DNA of 64,000 bases. It comes from an uncultured bacterium (lineage in GTDB: Bacteria; Patescibacteriota; Minisyncoccia; UBA6257; 2-01-FULL-56-20). Made by a program: the position numbers and the translations under genes. Location of the stretch: the NCBI GenBank assembly GCA_963844965.1, contig CAWJQC010000007.1:192001-256000 (forward strand), written 5' to 3'. Positions 8,048 through 17,723 of the stretch are shown here, one piece after another. The notes below the pieces were generated by a model. That model had not been told where the DNA came from. It did not search any database and saw nothing but the letters and a program-made list of their open reading frames with translations. How positions within the stretch are numbered: position 1 is the first letter of the stretch; each line of letters opens with the position of its first letter.

Positions 8048-9226
8048 ATGACATACAAAATGATGTTAACCGCTCGTCAGATTCTTGATTCGCGCGGGGA
8101 ACGGACGATAGAAGTTCAACTGGTAACTGGTAACCGGAAATTGGTAACTGGTTCTGTGCCGCAGGGGAAGAGCAAGGGTTCTTTTGAGGCGCATTACGTT
8201 CCGCCGGAGGTTGCCGTGCGGAATGTGGAGAAAATTATCGCGCCGAAGCTTAAAAATTTTGACGTTACGCGCCAGCGCGACATTGATTCATTTTTGATAA
8301 GGTTGGACGGCACGCCGATGAAATCCCGCCTCGGGGCGAACGCCATTTTGGGCGTTTCCATTGCTTGCGTGAAAGCCGGAGCGGCGGTTAAAAACGTGCC
8401 GCTTTGGAAATATATTGGGAAATTGCTTGGTGGCGTTCCGGCAAAAAAATCTGCAGGCCCGCGGCCATACGTCAACATGATCAACGGCGGCATGCACGCC
8501 GGAAATAATCTGCGTTTCCAGGAATATCTTGTGATTCCCAAGGCGAAAACTTTTTCGGAAGCCGTGTGGATCGCGACCGAATTGTACCAATCGCTAAAAA
8601 TTTATTTGGAAAAAACAAAAGGCAGAAGCGCGGCTAATTTGGGCGATGAAGGTGGCTTCGCGCCGGATTTCAAGGATGCGCTTGAACCCTTCGCCATATT
8701 GGAGAAAGTCGCGAAAAGCGCCGGCCTGCGCGGCAAAATTGATTTCGGACTGGATGCCGCGGCGACAGATGCCGGTTTGAACGTGAAAAAATTTTCGGAA
8801 ACCTACGCGGTGATGGCGAAGAAATTTAATTTGTTTTATTTGGAAGACCCGCTTCCCGAAAATGATTTTAAAGGATTCGCCGCTTTGCGGCAAGAGTTGC
8901 CGCGGCATCTTCTCGTCGCCGGCGATGACCTTACGGTGACAAATCTGGAACGGATGGAACTTGCGCACGATTCGGAGAGCGTGAACGCGATGATAGTGAA
9001 ACCGAATCAGATAGGCACGGTAACGGAGGCGATTGACGCCGTGCGCAAAGCGAAAGAATGGGGCTGGGCGGTTGTCGTTTCTCATAGGAGTGGTGAAACG
9101 AACGACGATTTCATCGCCGACTTCGCAGTAGGCGTTCGCGCCGACGGTTTCAAGCTCGGCGCTCCCGCCCGCGGCGAACGGATCGCGAAATATAACAGGT
9201 TGCTGGAGATCGAACGGGAATTCTGA
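8048..9226 (+). CDS. eno: enolase (phosphopyruvate hydratase)
   Basis: N-terminal ILDSRGERTIEV motif; full-length similarity pattern to enolases. Confidence 0.85.
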   Translation: MTYKMMLTARQILDSRGERTIEVQLVTGNRKLVTGSVPQGKSKGSFEAHYVPPEVAVRNVEKIIAPKLKNFDVTRQRDIDSFLIRLDGTPMKSRLGANAILGVSIACVKAGAAVKNVPLWKYIGKLLGGVPAKKSAGPRPYVNMINGGMHAGNNLRFQEYLVIPKAKTFSEAVWIATELYQSLKIYLEKTKGRSAANLGDEGGFAPDFKDALEPFAILEKVAKSAGLRGKIDFGLDAAATDAGLNVKKFSETYAVMAKKFNLFYLEDPLPENDFKGFAALRQELPRHLLVAGDDLTVTNLERMELAHDSESVNAMIVKPNQIGTVTEAIDAVRKAKEWGWAVVVSHRSGETNDDFIADFAVGVRADGFKLGAPARGERIAKYNRLLEIEREF

Positions 9227-9261
9227 TTATCTATTAAGTTAATTTATGTTCCAATAAAAAC

Positions 9262-9288
9262 GCCGCGCCTGTTGCGCGGCTGTTTTGT
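9262..9288 (+). terminator. rho-independent terminator (gccgcgc-ctgtt-gcgcggc + TGTTTTG)
   Basis: GC hairpin plus U-run after the enolase stop. Confidence 0.6.
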
Positions 9289-9289
9289 C

Positions 9290-9928
9290 TCAGAGGATAA
9301 TTTCCCATGGGTGATAATGTATTCTGCCATGGCTTTCAAGTTCAAAAATGCCGATTTGGTTTTCCAGCGGGCTCATGATGATGTGATAGCGGGAAATACG
9401 CCTGTTCTTGCGCATCCAGTCGCGCATTTCGCGGTAGTCCTCGCCGTGGCGGTGGGTTCTCTTGTAGTAGATGTTGGAACAGAGTGCTCCGTAGCCAACG
9501 GGATGTGTGTGGCCGAGCATGACCTTAAGCCCGCGTTTTTTCGCCCGTTCCAGTGATTTCGGGAGCAGAGGTCCCTCTTCCCAATGACAATCGCCGTATG
9601 AGCCGGTGATTCCGATAAGAGTTTCAAAGATGACGCCACTTGTTTCATCTATGAGGCACGTGAACGGTATTTCGCGACAGAGTTCCGCGGCCTTTATGAA
9701 AATGTGCTCCAGGGAGTTTCTGCCGCTCAAGGATTCCAGGAACGCTTCGCGGGCGATGCCTATCGGCCGCGGCCTGGTTCCGGTCCGCAATCTATCGTCG
9801 CCTCTGTAGCATGTAATGATCGCGTCTGCCATTCCGAGTTTTTTTGCGACAAGCAAAAGGTCGTGAAAATCGATCAGTTGTTTCACCGCTATCTTCCTCC
9901 CAAAAATGCTTCCGGTATTATAAGACAT
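9290..9928 (-). CDS. metallophosphoesterase family protein (YfcE/MJ0936-like)
   Basis: DFHDL, GDD and C-terminal GHTHP motifs in calcineurin-like phosphoesterase order. Confidence 0.5.
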   Translation of the reverse strand: MSYNTGSIFGRKIAVKQLIDFHDLLLVAKKLGMADAIITCYRGDDRLRTGTRPRPIGIAREAFLESLSGRNSLEHIFIKAAELCREIPFTCLIDETSGVIFETLIGITGSYGDCHWEEGPLLPKSLERAKKRGLKVMLGHTHPVGYGALCSNIYYKRTHRHGEDYREMRDWMRKNRRISRYHIIMSPLENQIGIFELESHGRIHYHPWEIIL

Positions 9929-10015
9929 TTTCGTTTAAAAAGCAAGGGCCGCACTTTTGCAGATCAAAAACCGGAAGCTCGTGCCTCCGGTTCGTTCATC
10001 TTTAATTCAGGATGT

Positions 10016-10966
10016 TTATGCGAGGATTTCTCCGGCGATTTGCCTGACCCGCTCTCTGACCTCGGCTTTCTGGCTCTTTGTCCGGATTTTCGGGCCGGTG
10101 TATTTGCCGTGGAAGTCGTGGATTCGTGCGAAATAGACACTCACTATTTTTTCGGGATAGCGGGCCTTCGTCTGCCGGAAAATTTCGGAGCATTCCGTCG
10201 TGGAGGCCGGATTCCATTTTCCCTGTCGCCAGAGTGCGTGTCCGACCGAGCCCATGCGTGGAATGCAGCAGCAGAAAGCGACCTCTTTCGCCTCCATGAC
10301 TTCAAAAGCGAATTTTGCGGTTCTGAGCGCTTTGCGGATGGGGTCCAGGATGAGTGGCGGGGCGATAAGAACGTTCGCTCCGACCTGCGCGCCGTAAGAA
10401 TGCAGAAATTCCGCGAACGCGACGTAGTCCTTAAGTTCGCATCCTTTGTTGACGAGCGCGAGGTCGGCGTCGTCGGCGACTTCAAGGCCGGTGAAGATCT
10501 GCATATATGGTTTGAGTTCGGTGTGAAGGGCCTCAAGTATTTCTTCCACGCGCGTCTCAAGGAGGTTTGCGTCGTAGTCGTCAAACGCTCCATGGTGCCT
10601 CGCTCGTATCATTATCTCCAGTTCGCTTCCCAGCTTTTTCGCGTTGACGACCGTTGCGCGGCATTGCGTATGAAGTTCAAGGCCGTTGGATTCCACGAAA
10701 CGGTAGATGTGCTGCCGCAGGCGCCTCGGGATTTCCACGAACCAGCTGCCGTTGGTTTCAACCAGAATTTTGCCGGCTTTTAGAATATCCCCATAGTTCT
10801 TCCTGTCGTTTACGAACTTGTTGAAATGCCGGATCATCTGTTCGGCGGAGAGCGGCACGGGCGATACGCAACTTTTCATCAGGTGGAAGCCGCAGAAACT
10901 GCAGCCGCCGTTGTTGTAGACGTGATGGCAGATGTTGTAAGAATACGGATAGTATCTGTGACTCAT
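10016..10966 (-). CDS. putative Fe-S / radical-SAM-like enzyme (Cx8Cx2C cluster motif)
   Basis: N-terminal CHHVYNNGGCSFC cysteine motif; 316 aa; family not resolved. Confidence 0.35.
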   Translation of the reverse strand: MSHRYYPYSYNICHHVYNNGGCSFCGFHLMKSCVSPVPLSAEQMIRHFNKFVNDRKNYGDILKAGKILVETNGSWFVEIPRRLRQHIYRFVESNGLELHTQCRATVVNAKKLGSELEIMIRARHHGAFDDYDANLLETRVEEILEALHTELKPYMQIFTGLEVADDADLALVNKGCELKDYVAFAEFLHSYGAQVGANVLIAPPLILDPIRKALRTAKFAFEVMEAKEVAFCCCIPRMGSVGHALWRQGKWNPASTTECSEIFRQTKARYPEKIVSVYFARIHDFHGKYTGPKIRTKSQKAEVRERVRQIAGEILA

Positions 10967-11096
10967 TTCGTGACATCTCCGAATCGGATTGTTTTGAGCT
11001 AATCATAGGGTAGTGCATCGGCGCCCGGCCGTCAATATAGGAGATGTGACAGGCGCGGTATTTTCCTTGTTCCGAGTTAATGATAAACTGGAACAA

Positions 11097-12416
11097 ATGG
11101 CAAAAAGAAAAATCTATCTTGACCACGCCGCGACAACGCTGATGGACCCGCGCGTTTTGCGCGCGATGATGCTGTATTTTTCGGAGGAGTTCGGCAATCC
11201 GTCAAATTTGTACGGGCTCGGGCTCAGGGCGAAAAAAGCTGTCGCTGAGGCAACGCGGAGAATAACGGACGTCCTGAACTGCGCGCCGGATGAGTTCGTT
11301 TTTACCGGTTCGGCGACGGAGGCGGATAATCTGGCGATTGCCGGCACGGCGCGGGCGAACCGTAAGGCCGGGAATAAAATTATTATTTCTAACATAGAAC
11401 ACAAGGCGGTTCTTTCAACCTGTGAGGCGCTCAAAAAAGAGGGCTTTGAAATCGTGGAATTGCCTGCCCACAAAGACGGGCTCGTCCGCCCCGCCGAGTT
11501 GCGTAAACTTCTGGACAACAAAACGACTCTGGTCTCGGTGATGTATGCTAATAATGAAATCGGTACGATACAGCCCATTTCTAAAATTTCGGAAATTATC
11601 AGAAATTTTAGAAATGGAATTTCTAATTCCCAATTTCTAATTTCTAAAAAAGATTCCAATTACCCAATTACCAATTACCAATTACCGCTATTCCACACGG
11701 ATGCGGTGCAAGCACTGCAGTTTTTGGATTGTGACGTAAACAAGCTTGGCGTGGACTTGCTCACGATTTCCTCGCACAAGATTTATGGGCCGAAGGGCGT
11801 CGGCGGCTTGTACGTGCGGCGCGGCGTTGCGATCCAACCCATAATTTACGGCGGCGGACAGCAGCGCGGTCTGCGTCCGGGAACGGAAAACGTGCCGGCC
11901 ATCGTCGGCTTCGGCGAAGCGGTGAGGTTAGCGACAAGTAAAAAGCGACACGAAACAAGTAGAGTTAAAAAACTGCGGGACAAGCTGGAGAAGGGGATCC
12001 TCAGGTCAATTCCGAAGGTTGTCCTGAACGGCCACCCGACAAAGCGCCTGCCGAATTTTTTGAACGTTTCCATTTTGGACATTGAGGGCGAGGCGCTGCT
12101 TCTTTGTCTAGATGAGAAAGGAATCTTTGTTAACACCGGCTCGGCGTGCAATTCGGAAAGCTTGGAGCCGTCTCATGTTTTGACCGCGCTTGGAAATCCA
12201 TACGAATATATTCACGGGAGCATCCGCTTCACGCTCGGCAGGGGGACGACCTCCCGCGATATTGACTACGTTCTCCGCGAACTGCCGCCCATTGTGGCAA
12301 AATTGCGAAAAATATCGCCCCTTGATCTCAAACTTGGCGCGAAGAAAAAAATATCCGAGCCCAAGGCCTTCGTCGGCGGCCAAACGCCGCATTTTCTGCG
12401 GAAAAAACATGGATGA
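11097..12416 (+). CDS. cysteine desulfurase (NifS/IscS family), with in-frame low-complexity insertion
   Basis: IYLDHAATT start, PLP-lysine region [15 protein letters not shown], catalytic-loop GSACNS; likely start MAKRK at 11097. Confidence 0.85.
   Translation: MAKRKIYLDHAATTLMDPRVLRAMMLYFSEEFGNPSNLYGLGLRAKKAVAEATRRITDVLNCAPDEFVFTGSATEADNLAIAGTARANRKAGNKIIISNIEHKAVLSTCEALKKEGFEIVELPAHKDGLVRPAELRKLLDNKTTLVSVMYANNEIGTIQPISKISEIIRNFRNGISNSQFLISKKDSNYPITNYQLPLFHTDAVQALQFLDCDVNKLGVDLLTISSHKIYGPKGVGGLYVRRGVAIQPIIYGGGQQRGLRPGTENVPAIVGFGEAVRLATSKKRHETSRVKKLRDKLEKGILRSIPKVVLNGHPTKRLPNFLNVSILDIEGEALLLCLDEKGIFVNTGSACNSESLEPSHVLTALGNPYEYIHGSIRFTLGRGTTSRDIDYVLRELPPIVAKLRKISPLDLKLGAKKKISEPKAFVGGQTPHFLRKKHG
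11585..11690 (+). repeat. AT-rich tandem repeats (aatttctaat units; ccaattac x4) inside the nifS coding frame
   Basis: Encodes [30 protein letters not shown] between conserved IscS blocks; related CCAATTAC/GGTAATTGG hairpin after proS (62101-62180). Confidence 0.6.
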
Positions 12417-12909
12417 ATTTCAGATAAGCAATAGCAAAATAATTCTTGTTCTCGGCAATATCACTAAAATTAAGGCCGATGCTATAGTTAACGCAGCGAA
12501 CAATTCCCTGATGGGTGGTGGCGGAGTGGACGGGGCGATACACAGAGCGGCAGGACCGGAGTTGGACGAAGAATGCAGGAAGCTCGGAGGATGTGCGGCC
12601 GGTGAAGCGAAAATAACGAAAGGATACGCTTTGCCGGCAAGGCATATAATCCACACGGTGGGACCGGTTTGGCGGGGCGGCAAAGAGAAAGAGGAGGAAA
12701 TTCTTGCGAGCTGTTACCGCAATTGCCTCGCGCTCGCGGCGGAGAACGGCATAAAATCTATCGCGTTTTCCTCAATTTCCACCGGAGCTTACGGTTTTCC
12801 AATCGAAAAGGCCGCGCCGATCGCTGTTCGTGAGGCGTCTAATTTTCTAAAAAATAGCGAAGTGCCTTCATCAGTAATTTTTGTTTTATTTTCGGATAAA
12901 GATTCTTGA
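12409..12909 (+). CDS. macro domain protein (ADP-ribose / O-acetyl-ADP-ribose deacetylase-like)
   Basis: [22 protein letters not shown] and GAYGFP macro-domain motifs; ATG overlaps the nifS stop (ATGGATGA). Confidence 0.8.
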   Translation: MDEFQISNSKIILVLGNITKIKADAIVNAANNSLMGGGGVDGAIHRAAGPELDEECRKLGGCAAGEAKITKGYALPARHIIHTVGPVWRGGKEKEEEILASCYRNCLALAAENGIKSIAFSSISTGAYGFPIEKAAPIAVREASNFLKNSEVPSSVIFVLFSDKDS

Positions 12910-12954
12910 AAATTTACGAGCGTTGCCTCGGTGCTTTGTAGTAAAATAATAGTT

Positions 12955-13635
12955 ATGCAAACCAAGACAAAAAAGCGTAAATCCAAGCCGGACGTCGTGA
13001 ACAAATTCACCGGCGGGAGCTGGGCGTATTCAAAAACGGTGCGCGACCATTTTTTCAGTCCCCGCAATCTGCTATTGGAGAAGCCGGGGCGGGGGAAATT
13101 TGACGCGGAAGGGATTGTCGGCTCGCCGGCCTGCGGCGACGTGATGCGCGTCTGGCTCAAAATTGACCGGAAGACCGACCGCATCAAGGAATTTAAGTGG
13201 CGGACATTTGGCTGCGCTTCGGCCATCGCCGCGACTTCCATGCTCTCGGTAATGGTGACTGAAAAAGGCAGAATGAAAGTTAACAAAGCGCTGAAAATCA
13301 AGCCGCATGACATAATGAAACGCCTCGGAGGACTGCCGGACAGAAAAATTCATTGCTCCGTCTTGGGCGATAAGGCGCTCCGTTCGGCGATAAATAATTG
13401 GTTCAAGAAAACCGGACAGGTTTCGCGAATCATAATTGAGGGCTCGCGCGTTTTGGACCCGAATACCAAGACGACGGAAGCGGACATTGAAGAAGCCGTT
13501 TTGGACGGTGCAACGACGCTTGAAGCGGTGCAGAAAATGACCAAGGTCGGCATCGGCTACCCGAAATGCGTTCCGGAAGTTGAAGAATTGATTAGATTTT
13601 ACAGGGAAAAATATTTCGGGCCGGATAAGAAATGA
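12955..13635 (+). CDS. NifU/IscU-type Fe-S cluster scaffold protein with C-terminal extension
   Basis: GSPACGDVMRVWLKI, GCASAIA and HCS IscU motifs. Confidence 0.75.
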   Translation: MQTKTKKRKSKPDVVNKFTGGSWAYSKTVRDHFFSPRNLLLEKPGRGKFDAEGIVGSPACGDVMRVWLKIDRKTDRIKEFKWRTFGCASAIAATSMLSVMVTEKGRMKVNKALKIKPHDIMKRLGGLPDRKIHCSVLGDKALRSAINNWFKKTGQVSRIIIEGSRVLDPNTKTTEADIEEAVLDGATTLEAVQKMTKVGIGYPKCVPEVEELIRFYREKYFGPDKK

Positions 13636-13676
13636 AAAAAGAGCGTAAAAATAAAATATAATTAGATAGCAAGTCA

Positions 13677-14342
13677 ATGCTCGGCGGAAACGATAAAGAT
13701 AATAAAATCAAGGCGGCGGTTTTTGATATTGACGGGACGCTGTCGCCGGACATTTCCTGGACAAAAGTCACTTTGCAACTGGGATTGCGAGTATCACACC
13801 ATTTGGAGATTTATGAAAAATTTAGAAGTGGAGCCATGAGTTACGATGAGGGGAGAAAAGCAATCTTATCACTTTGGACTTCGCTCGGGCCATTGAGCAA
13901 ATCCAGGCTCACGGAAATATTTGAGAATTGGGAACTCAGAAAGGGTGCGGTTCCTATTTTTCAGTATCTAAAATCAAAGGGCTATATCACTTGTCTCATA
14001 AGCGGTTCAGTTGATTTGTTCGCGGAGGTTGTGGCCAAGAAGGTCGGCGCCGACTTTTGGTACGCGAACACCAGCTTGATCTGGGATGATAAGGGCAACT
14101 TGGTTGATATGATTTACGAGAGGAACGCTTCCTGGAAAAAACTGGAACAGCTCAAAGAATTTTGCGCGTCAAATTCCCTGAAGCTTGACGAGTGTGCGAT
14201 AGTCGGCGATGACAGCAACGATATTGAAGTGTTCAAGGCGACGGGAAAGGGGATCGCGGTGGAGTCGCCGACCTCGGAGGCGGTGGAGCCTTATGCCTGG
14301 CGGATGGCTGATGACTTGGAAGAAATAAAAAATATTTTATAG
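13677..14342 (+). CDS. HAD-superfamily hydrolase (phosphoserine-phosphatase-like)
   Basis: Motif I AAVFDIDGTL and motif IV VGDDSNDIEV. Confidence 0.7.
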   Translation: MLGGNDKDNKIKAAVFDIDGTLSPDISWTKVTLQLGLRVSHHLEIYEKFRSGAMSYDEGRKAILSLWTSLGPLSKSRLTEIFENWELRKGAVPIFQYLKSKGYITCLISGSVDLFAEVVAKKVGADFWYANTSLIWDDKGNLVDMIYERNASWKKLEQLKEFCASNSLKLDECAIVGDDSNDIEVFKATGKGIAVESPTSEAVEPYAWRMADDLEEIKNIL

Positions 14343-14349
14343 AACACAG

Positions 14350-14577
14350 ATGGCTATTCGCAGAAAGAGAATAGAAACAGTGCTTCAAAGAGTCCGTCCG
14401 TATATCCAAATGCACGGTGGAGACGTGCTTTTGGTTGAAGCGAAAAGAGGTACTGTGAAACTGAAAGTATACGGCGCCTGCGTCGGTTGCCCGCTTGCGG
14501 ATTTGACCTATAATAAAATGTTAGGGGAACTTTTGAAGGAAGAGATACCTGAAATAAAAAAAGTCGAAATAATTTAG
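14350..14577 (+). CDS. NifU C-terminal (Nfu-type) Fe-S cluster assembly domain protein
   Basis: HGGDVLLVEAKRGTVKLKVYGACVGCP pattern of Nfu domains. Confidence 0.6.
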   Translation: MAIRRKRIETVLQRVRPYIQMHGGDVLLVEAKRGTVKLKVYGACVGCPLADLTYNKMLGELLKEEIPEIKKVEII

Positions 14578-14616
14578 AAAGAAAATAGAAATTAGAAAAT
14601 AGAAAATAGAATAAAA

Positions 14617-14877
14617 ATGGCCAATACCAAAGAATACCCTCGGAGCAGGCCCGGTTCCAAAATAGGGAAGATAGTCATTGACCGCGACCTTTGTATCGGC
14701 GCGGCTTCCTGTATCGCCGTTTCCGCCGAGACCTATGAATTGGACGGCGAGAATAAAGCCGTGGTGAAGGGCGCTGACGCCGTTGATGACGATGTGGTCA
14801 TCATGTCAGCCGAATCCTGTCCTGTGAAAGCGATTTTGCTTTACGACAAGGACGGAAAGCAGATCTTTCCCAAATAA
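14617..14877 (+). CDS. ferredoxin (single-cluster)
   Basis: CIGAASC...CP cysteine pattern; 86 aa. Confidence 0.65.
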   Translation: MANTKEYPRSRPGSKIGKIVIDRDLCIGAASCIAVSAETYELDGENKAVVKGADAVDDDVVIMSAESCPVKAILLYDKDGKQIFPK

Positions 14878-14885
14878 ACGAATTA

Positions 14886-14950
14886 TCCAATTAACGGATT
14901 AACGCATTAACGAATTTAATCCGTTAATTCGCAATTCGTTAATAAATAAT
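14886..14950. repeat. array of six TTAACG/CGTTAA half-sites forming overlapping inverted repeats
   Basis: ccaattaacggattaacgcattaacgaatttaatccgttaattcgcaattcgttaat; multiple alternative stems. Confidence 0.6.
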
Positions 14951-14962
14951 CGAGCAATCTTT

Positions 14963-16192
14963 GTGAATAGTTATAAGTATTTAATAATCGGCGGGGGAAT
15001 TGCGGGCACGACGGCGGCTGAAACAATACGTGCGAAGGACGCGGACGGTTCCATCGCCATCATAACGGACGAGCCGTATCCTTTGTACTCGCGCGTGATG
15101 CTTTCCAAGCCATCTTTTCTTTTGGACAGGACGGGCAAGACGAATATTTGGCTGAAAACTACGGATTGGTACGAAAAGAACCGCATTGAATTAATGAGCG
15201 GGAAGTCGGCGACCGCCCTGGATGCCAAGGCAAAAATTCTTACCGTCGGCGGCGAAGCCATCGGCTACGAAAAATTGCTTCTGGCCATCGGCTCTCGCGC
15301 AAGGAAGTGGGCCGTTCCGGGCGCGGACAAGAAGGGAGTTTGTTACCTACGCACGCTTGACGAAGCGAAAGAGATCGCGGCGCAAATGAGAACGGCAAAG
15401 CACGCCGTCGTCATCGGTTCAAGTTGTGTCGCTTTTGAGGCGATAGACAATCTGCGAGCGGCTGGCAGTGAGGTTACTGAAGTTATGCTTGAAAAATATT
15501 TCTGGGAGCCGATGCTTGACGAGGAAGGCGGGCGCATCGTGGAAAAAGCGTTTACCAATGCCGGCGTGAAAATTGTCCGCCAATCGGAAGTGGGAGAGGT
15601 TCTCGGCGGCGCAGAAGTTGAAGGCATTCTCACGAAAAGCGGCGAGAGAATTGACTGCGACATGATTTTGTGCGGCATCGGCGTCATCTATCCGCTGGAT
15701 TTTGTGAAAACGGCGGGCGTGAGGACGAATCGCGGCATTGTTGTAAACGAATTCATGGAAACAAGCGCGTCGGATGTCTGGGCAGCCGGAGACGTGGCAG
15801 AATGCAATGATATCGTGCTCAAAGAGCAATGTATTGCCGGCAATTGGATGAGCGCGCGCGAGCAAGGAAGAGTTGCCGCTTTAAATATGACTGGCGCCAA
15901 GCAACCGTTTAAATTGGTTTCGTTCTACACGAGCCACGGTTTCGGGCTCAATGTCGCTTTCGGCGGCGACATCCGTTTGTTGCCCGAGCGGACGGCTGTA
16001 AGCCGCGGCTCCGCCGAGAGCGGTTCGCATACCCGTCTTATTCTCCGAGGCGGAAAAATCGTCGGTGTCTCAATGGTAAACAGAATTTTTGAATTGGGAA
16101 CCATCGTGAAACTTATTGAGAGCCAAGCCGATGTCTCGGCGAAACAAAAAGAACTTGCCGACCCGGAGTTTGATTTGAAACAGCTCGTTTAG
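14963..16192 (+). CDS. FAD-dependent pyridine nucleotide-disulfide oxidoreductase (ferredoxin/rubredoxin-reductase or NADH-oxidase-like)
   Basis: N-terminal YLIIGGGIAGTTAAE FAD fold; second NAD(P) Rossmann fold HAVVIGSSCVAFE; WAAGD motif. Confidence 0.8.
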   Translation: MNSYKYLIIGGGIAGTTAAETIRAKDADGSIAIITDEPYPLYSRVMLSKPSFLLDRTGKTNIWLKTTDWYEKNRIELMSGKSATALDAKAKILTVGGEAIGYEKLLLAIGSRARKWAVPGADKKGVCYLRTLDEAKEIAAQMRTAKHAVVIGSSCVAFEAIDNLRAAGSEVTEVMLEKYFWEPMLDEEGGRIVEKAFTNAGVKIVRQSEVGEVLGGAEVEGILTKSGERIDCDMILCGIGVIYPLDFVKTAGVRTNRGIVVNEFMETSASDVWAAGDVAECNDIVLKEQCIAGNWMSAREQGRVAALNMTGAKQPFKLVSFYTSHGFGLNVAFGGDIRLLPERTAVSRGSAESGSHTRLILRGGKIVGVSMVNRIFELGTIVKLIESQADVSAKQKELADPEFDLKQLV

Positions 16193-16247
16193 AGTCCTTA
16201 AACCTGCAGCCACCTTGAGATGGGTTCGGAGTTCGAGGAGTATTGTT

Positions 16248-16799
16248 ATGACCAAAAAACTCAAAAAATTGAAACGTTTCGCCACGGCTTCGTTCGCCGT
16301 GTGGCCGTTTGATCCCGAGAGAGATTCGGAAAAAATCCATAATCGAATCGTAATAATCGGGCTTAATCCTTCTGCAAAGATTAAGTTCGGACAAAATTTT
16401 CACGGGGGGCGGCGTGATGGCTGGTATAAAGAAGGTTTTTCTCGGCCGCTATTCAGAGGATCTTATATGACCGATCTCATATCTCATTTTGAACCTAAAG
16501 CCAAAGTTGTAGAAAAGAAATGGAAGAAGGATGGGGAATTTAAGAGAAAAAATATAAAAAACTTAGAAAAACAGTTTAAGATTCTCGGGATTAAAAAATC
16601 TACACCTATCTTGTGTATTGGGCAAAATACAGGAAGACTTTTTTCTTCTACATTTCCAGAATATAAAGTATTCCCCATTAATCATCCTAACAGCTCCAGC
16701 TATCGCATGCCGAAAAACAATCGGGAGGTATTTCTAGAGAATCTTAGGAAAACTGGAAAGAAAATGCGGCCATATGTCCGAAGAGGATCAGCTTGGTAA
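16248..16799 (+). CDS. putative uracil-DNA glycosylase superfamily protein (MUG/TDG-like)
   Basis: IVIIGLNPS...GGRRDGWYK resembles MUG GINPG motif; C-terminal INHPNSSS resembles the NPSGLS motif. Confidence 0.4.
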   Translation: MTKKLKKLKRFATASFAVWPFDPERDSEKIHNRIVIIGLNPSAKIKFGQNFHGGRRDGWYKEGFSRPLFRGSYMTDLISHFEPKAKVVEKKWKKDGEFKRKNIKNLEKQFKILGIKKSTPILCIGQNTGRLFSSTFPEYKVFPINHPNSSSYRMPKNNREVFLENLRKTGKKMRPYVRRGSAW

Positions 16800-16893
16800 A
16801 ATCAGGACATACCCCGAGAGTCTTGCGGCGTAATGATTTTCAAAAAACCGCTACCAGCAGGCCAGCTAGCCTATATAATTATCCTTGCGCCCA

Positions 16894-17655
16894 CTACGGA
16901 CGCTTTTTTATTGTCTGGTTGTCCGTATTTTCCGTCGCGTTTCTGCATAGTTCTTCGGCAATGTCGCTCGCCAAAAAATAATATCCTTTTTTCTTTTTCG
17001 TGAGCAGGTCGGCGATTTTGTTGCCGAGAGCCGCCGCTTTTTTCGCCGCGTCCAAGAGGGAAAATCCTCGTGCGAGGAAGCCGGCGCAGAGTCCGGCGAG
17101 AATGTCGCCCGTGCCTGCCTTTTCCAAGCCACGGTTCACGCGGCTCATGTGGAAGGTTTTTGCCGCGGAAATGATGGCTGTAGGAAAGCCCTTTCTGACA
17201 ATAACGATGTTTTTCTTGAGAAGTTTGCGGATATTATTTTCCTCGTTGAGAATTTTCCATTCTCTTTCATTCGGCGTGAGAATGGCATTTGCCGTGGCGT
17301 TGCGGCGGAGAACTTTGAGCGCGTCGGCGTCTACCACTTTCTTGCCGGGCCGGAGCATGAGCGAACGCAGTAGCGCCGCCGTTTCCACCCGCGTGGTCGC
17401 ACCGTTGCCCAAAACAAGAATGTCGGCGGTTTTAAGCTGGCGGCATATCGCCGCAGTGTGACGCAGAGCAAGGTATTTTCCCTTCAGTTTTTTGGTGATG
17501 AGGTCAGGCGAGAGGGCGTTGATTGCCCAGGCAACTTTTTCCGGCGCCATAATGATGACCGATTCCGCTCCCGAGCGGAGAGCGGCAATTCCCACGAGAA
17601 ACGGCGCGCCTATGAATTCATCCGAACCGCCGACCACGAGAACGCGTTTTCCCAT
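16894..17655 (-). CDS. ADP-dependent NAD(P)H-hydrate dehydratase (YjeF C-terminal/Nnr2 family)
   Basis: KRVLVVGGSDEFIGAP and GTGDILAGL motifs; likely start MGKRV. Confidence 0.8.
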   Translation of the reverse strand: MGKRVLVVGGSDEFIGAPFLVGIAALRSGAESVIIMAPEKVAWAINALSPDLITKKLKGKYLALRHTAAICRQLKTADILVLGNGATTRVETAALLRSLMLRPGKKVVDADALKVLRRNATANAILTPNEREWKILNEENNIRKLLKKNIVIVRKGFPTAIISAAKTFHMSRVNRGLEKAGTGDILAGLCAGFLARGFSLLDAAKKAAALGNKIADLLTKKKKGYYFLASDIAEELCRNATENTDNQTIKKRP

Positions 17656-17723
17656 AAACAAATTATACATCTTCGCCGTTGTTTTTGTTTTTCTCTTCTT
17701 ACATAATTCGTTAGTATTAAGAA

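Noticed and set aside
8104-8150. ggtaactggtaac repeats in enolase as a possible in-frame repeat insertion like the one in nifS.
   Set aside because: Peptide length here (VQLVTGNRKLVTGSVPQG) matches the normal enolase N-terminal region. It is a codon-level coincidence, not an insertion.
9704-10783. 359-aa plus-strand ORF spanning two minus-strand genes.
   Set aside because: Antisense to both the metallophosphoesterase and the Fe-S protein genes. Arg/Gly-rich composition is typical of GC-rich antisense frames.
12190-12408. N-terminal extension of the macro-domain ORF.
   Set aside because: Overlaps the nifS 3' end in another frame. The conserved macro domain begins at the ATG at 12409, which overlaps the nifS stop.
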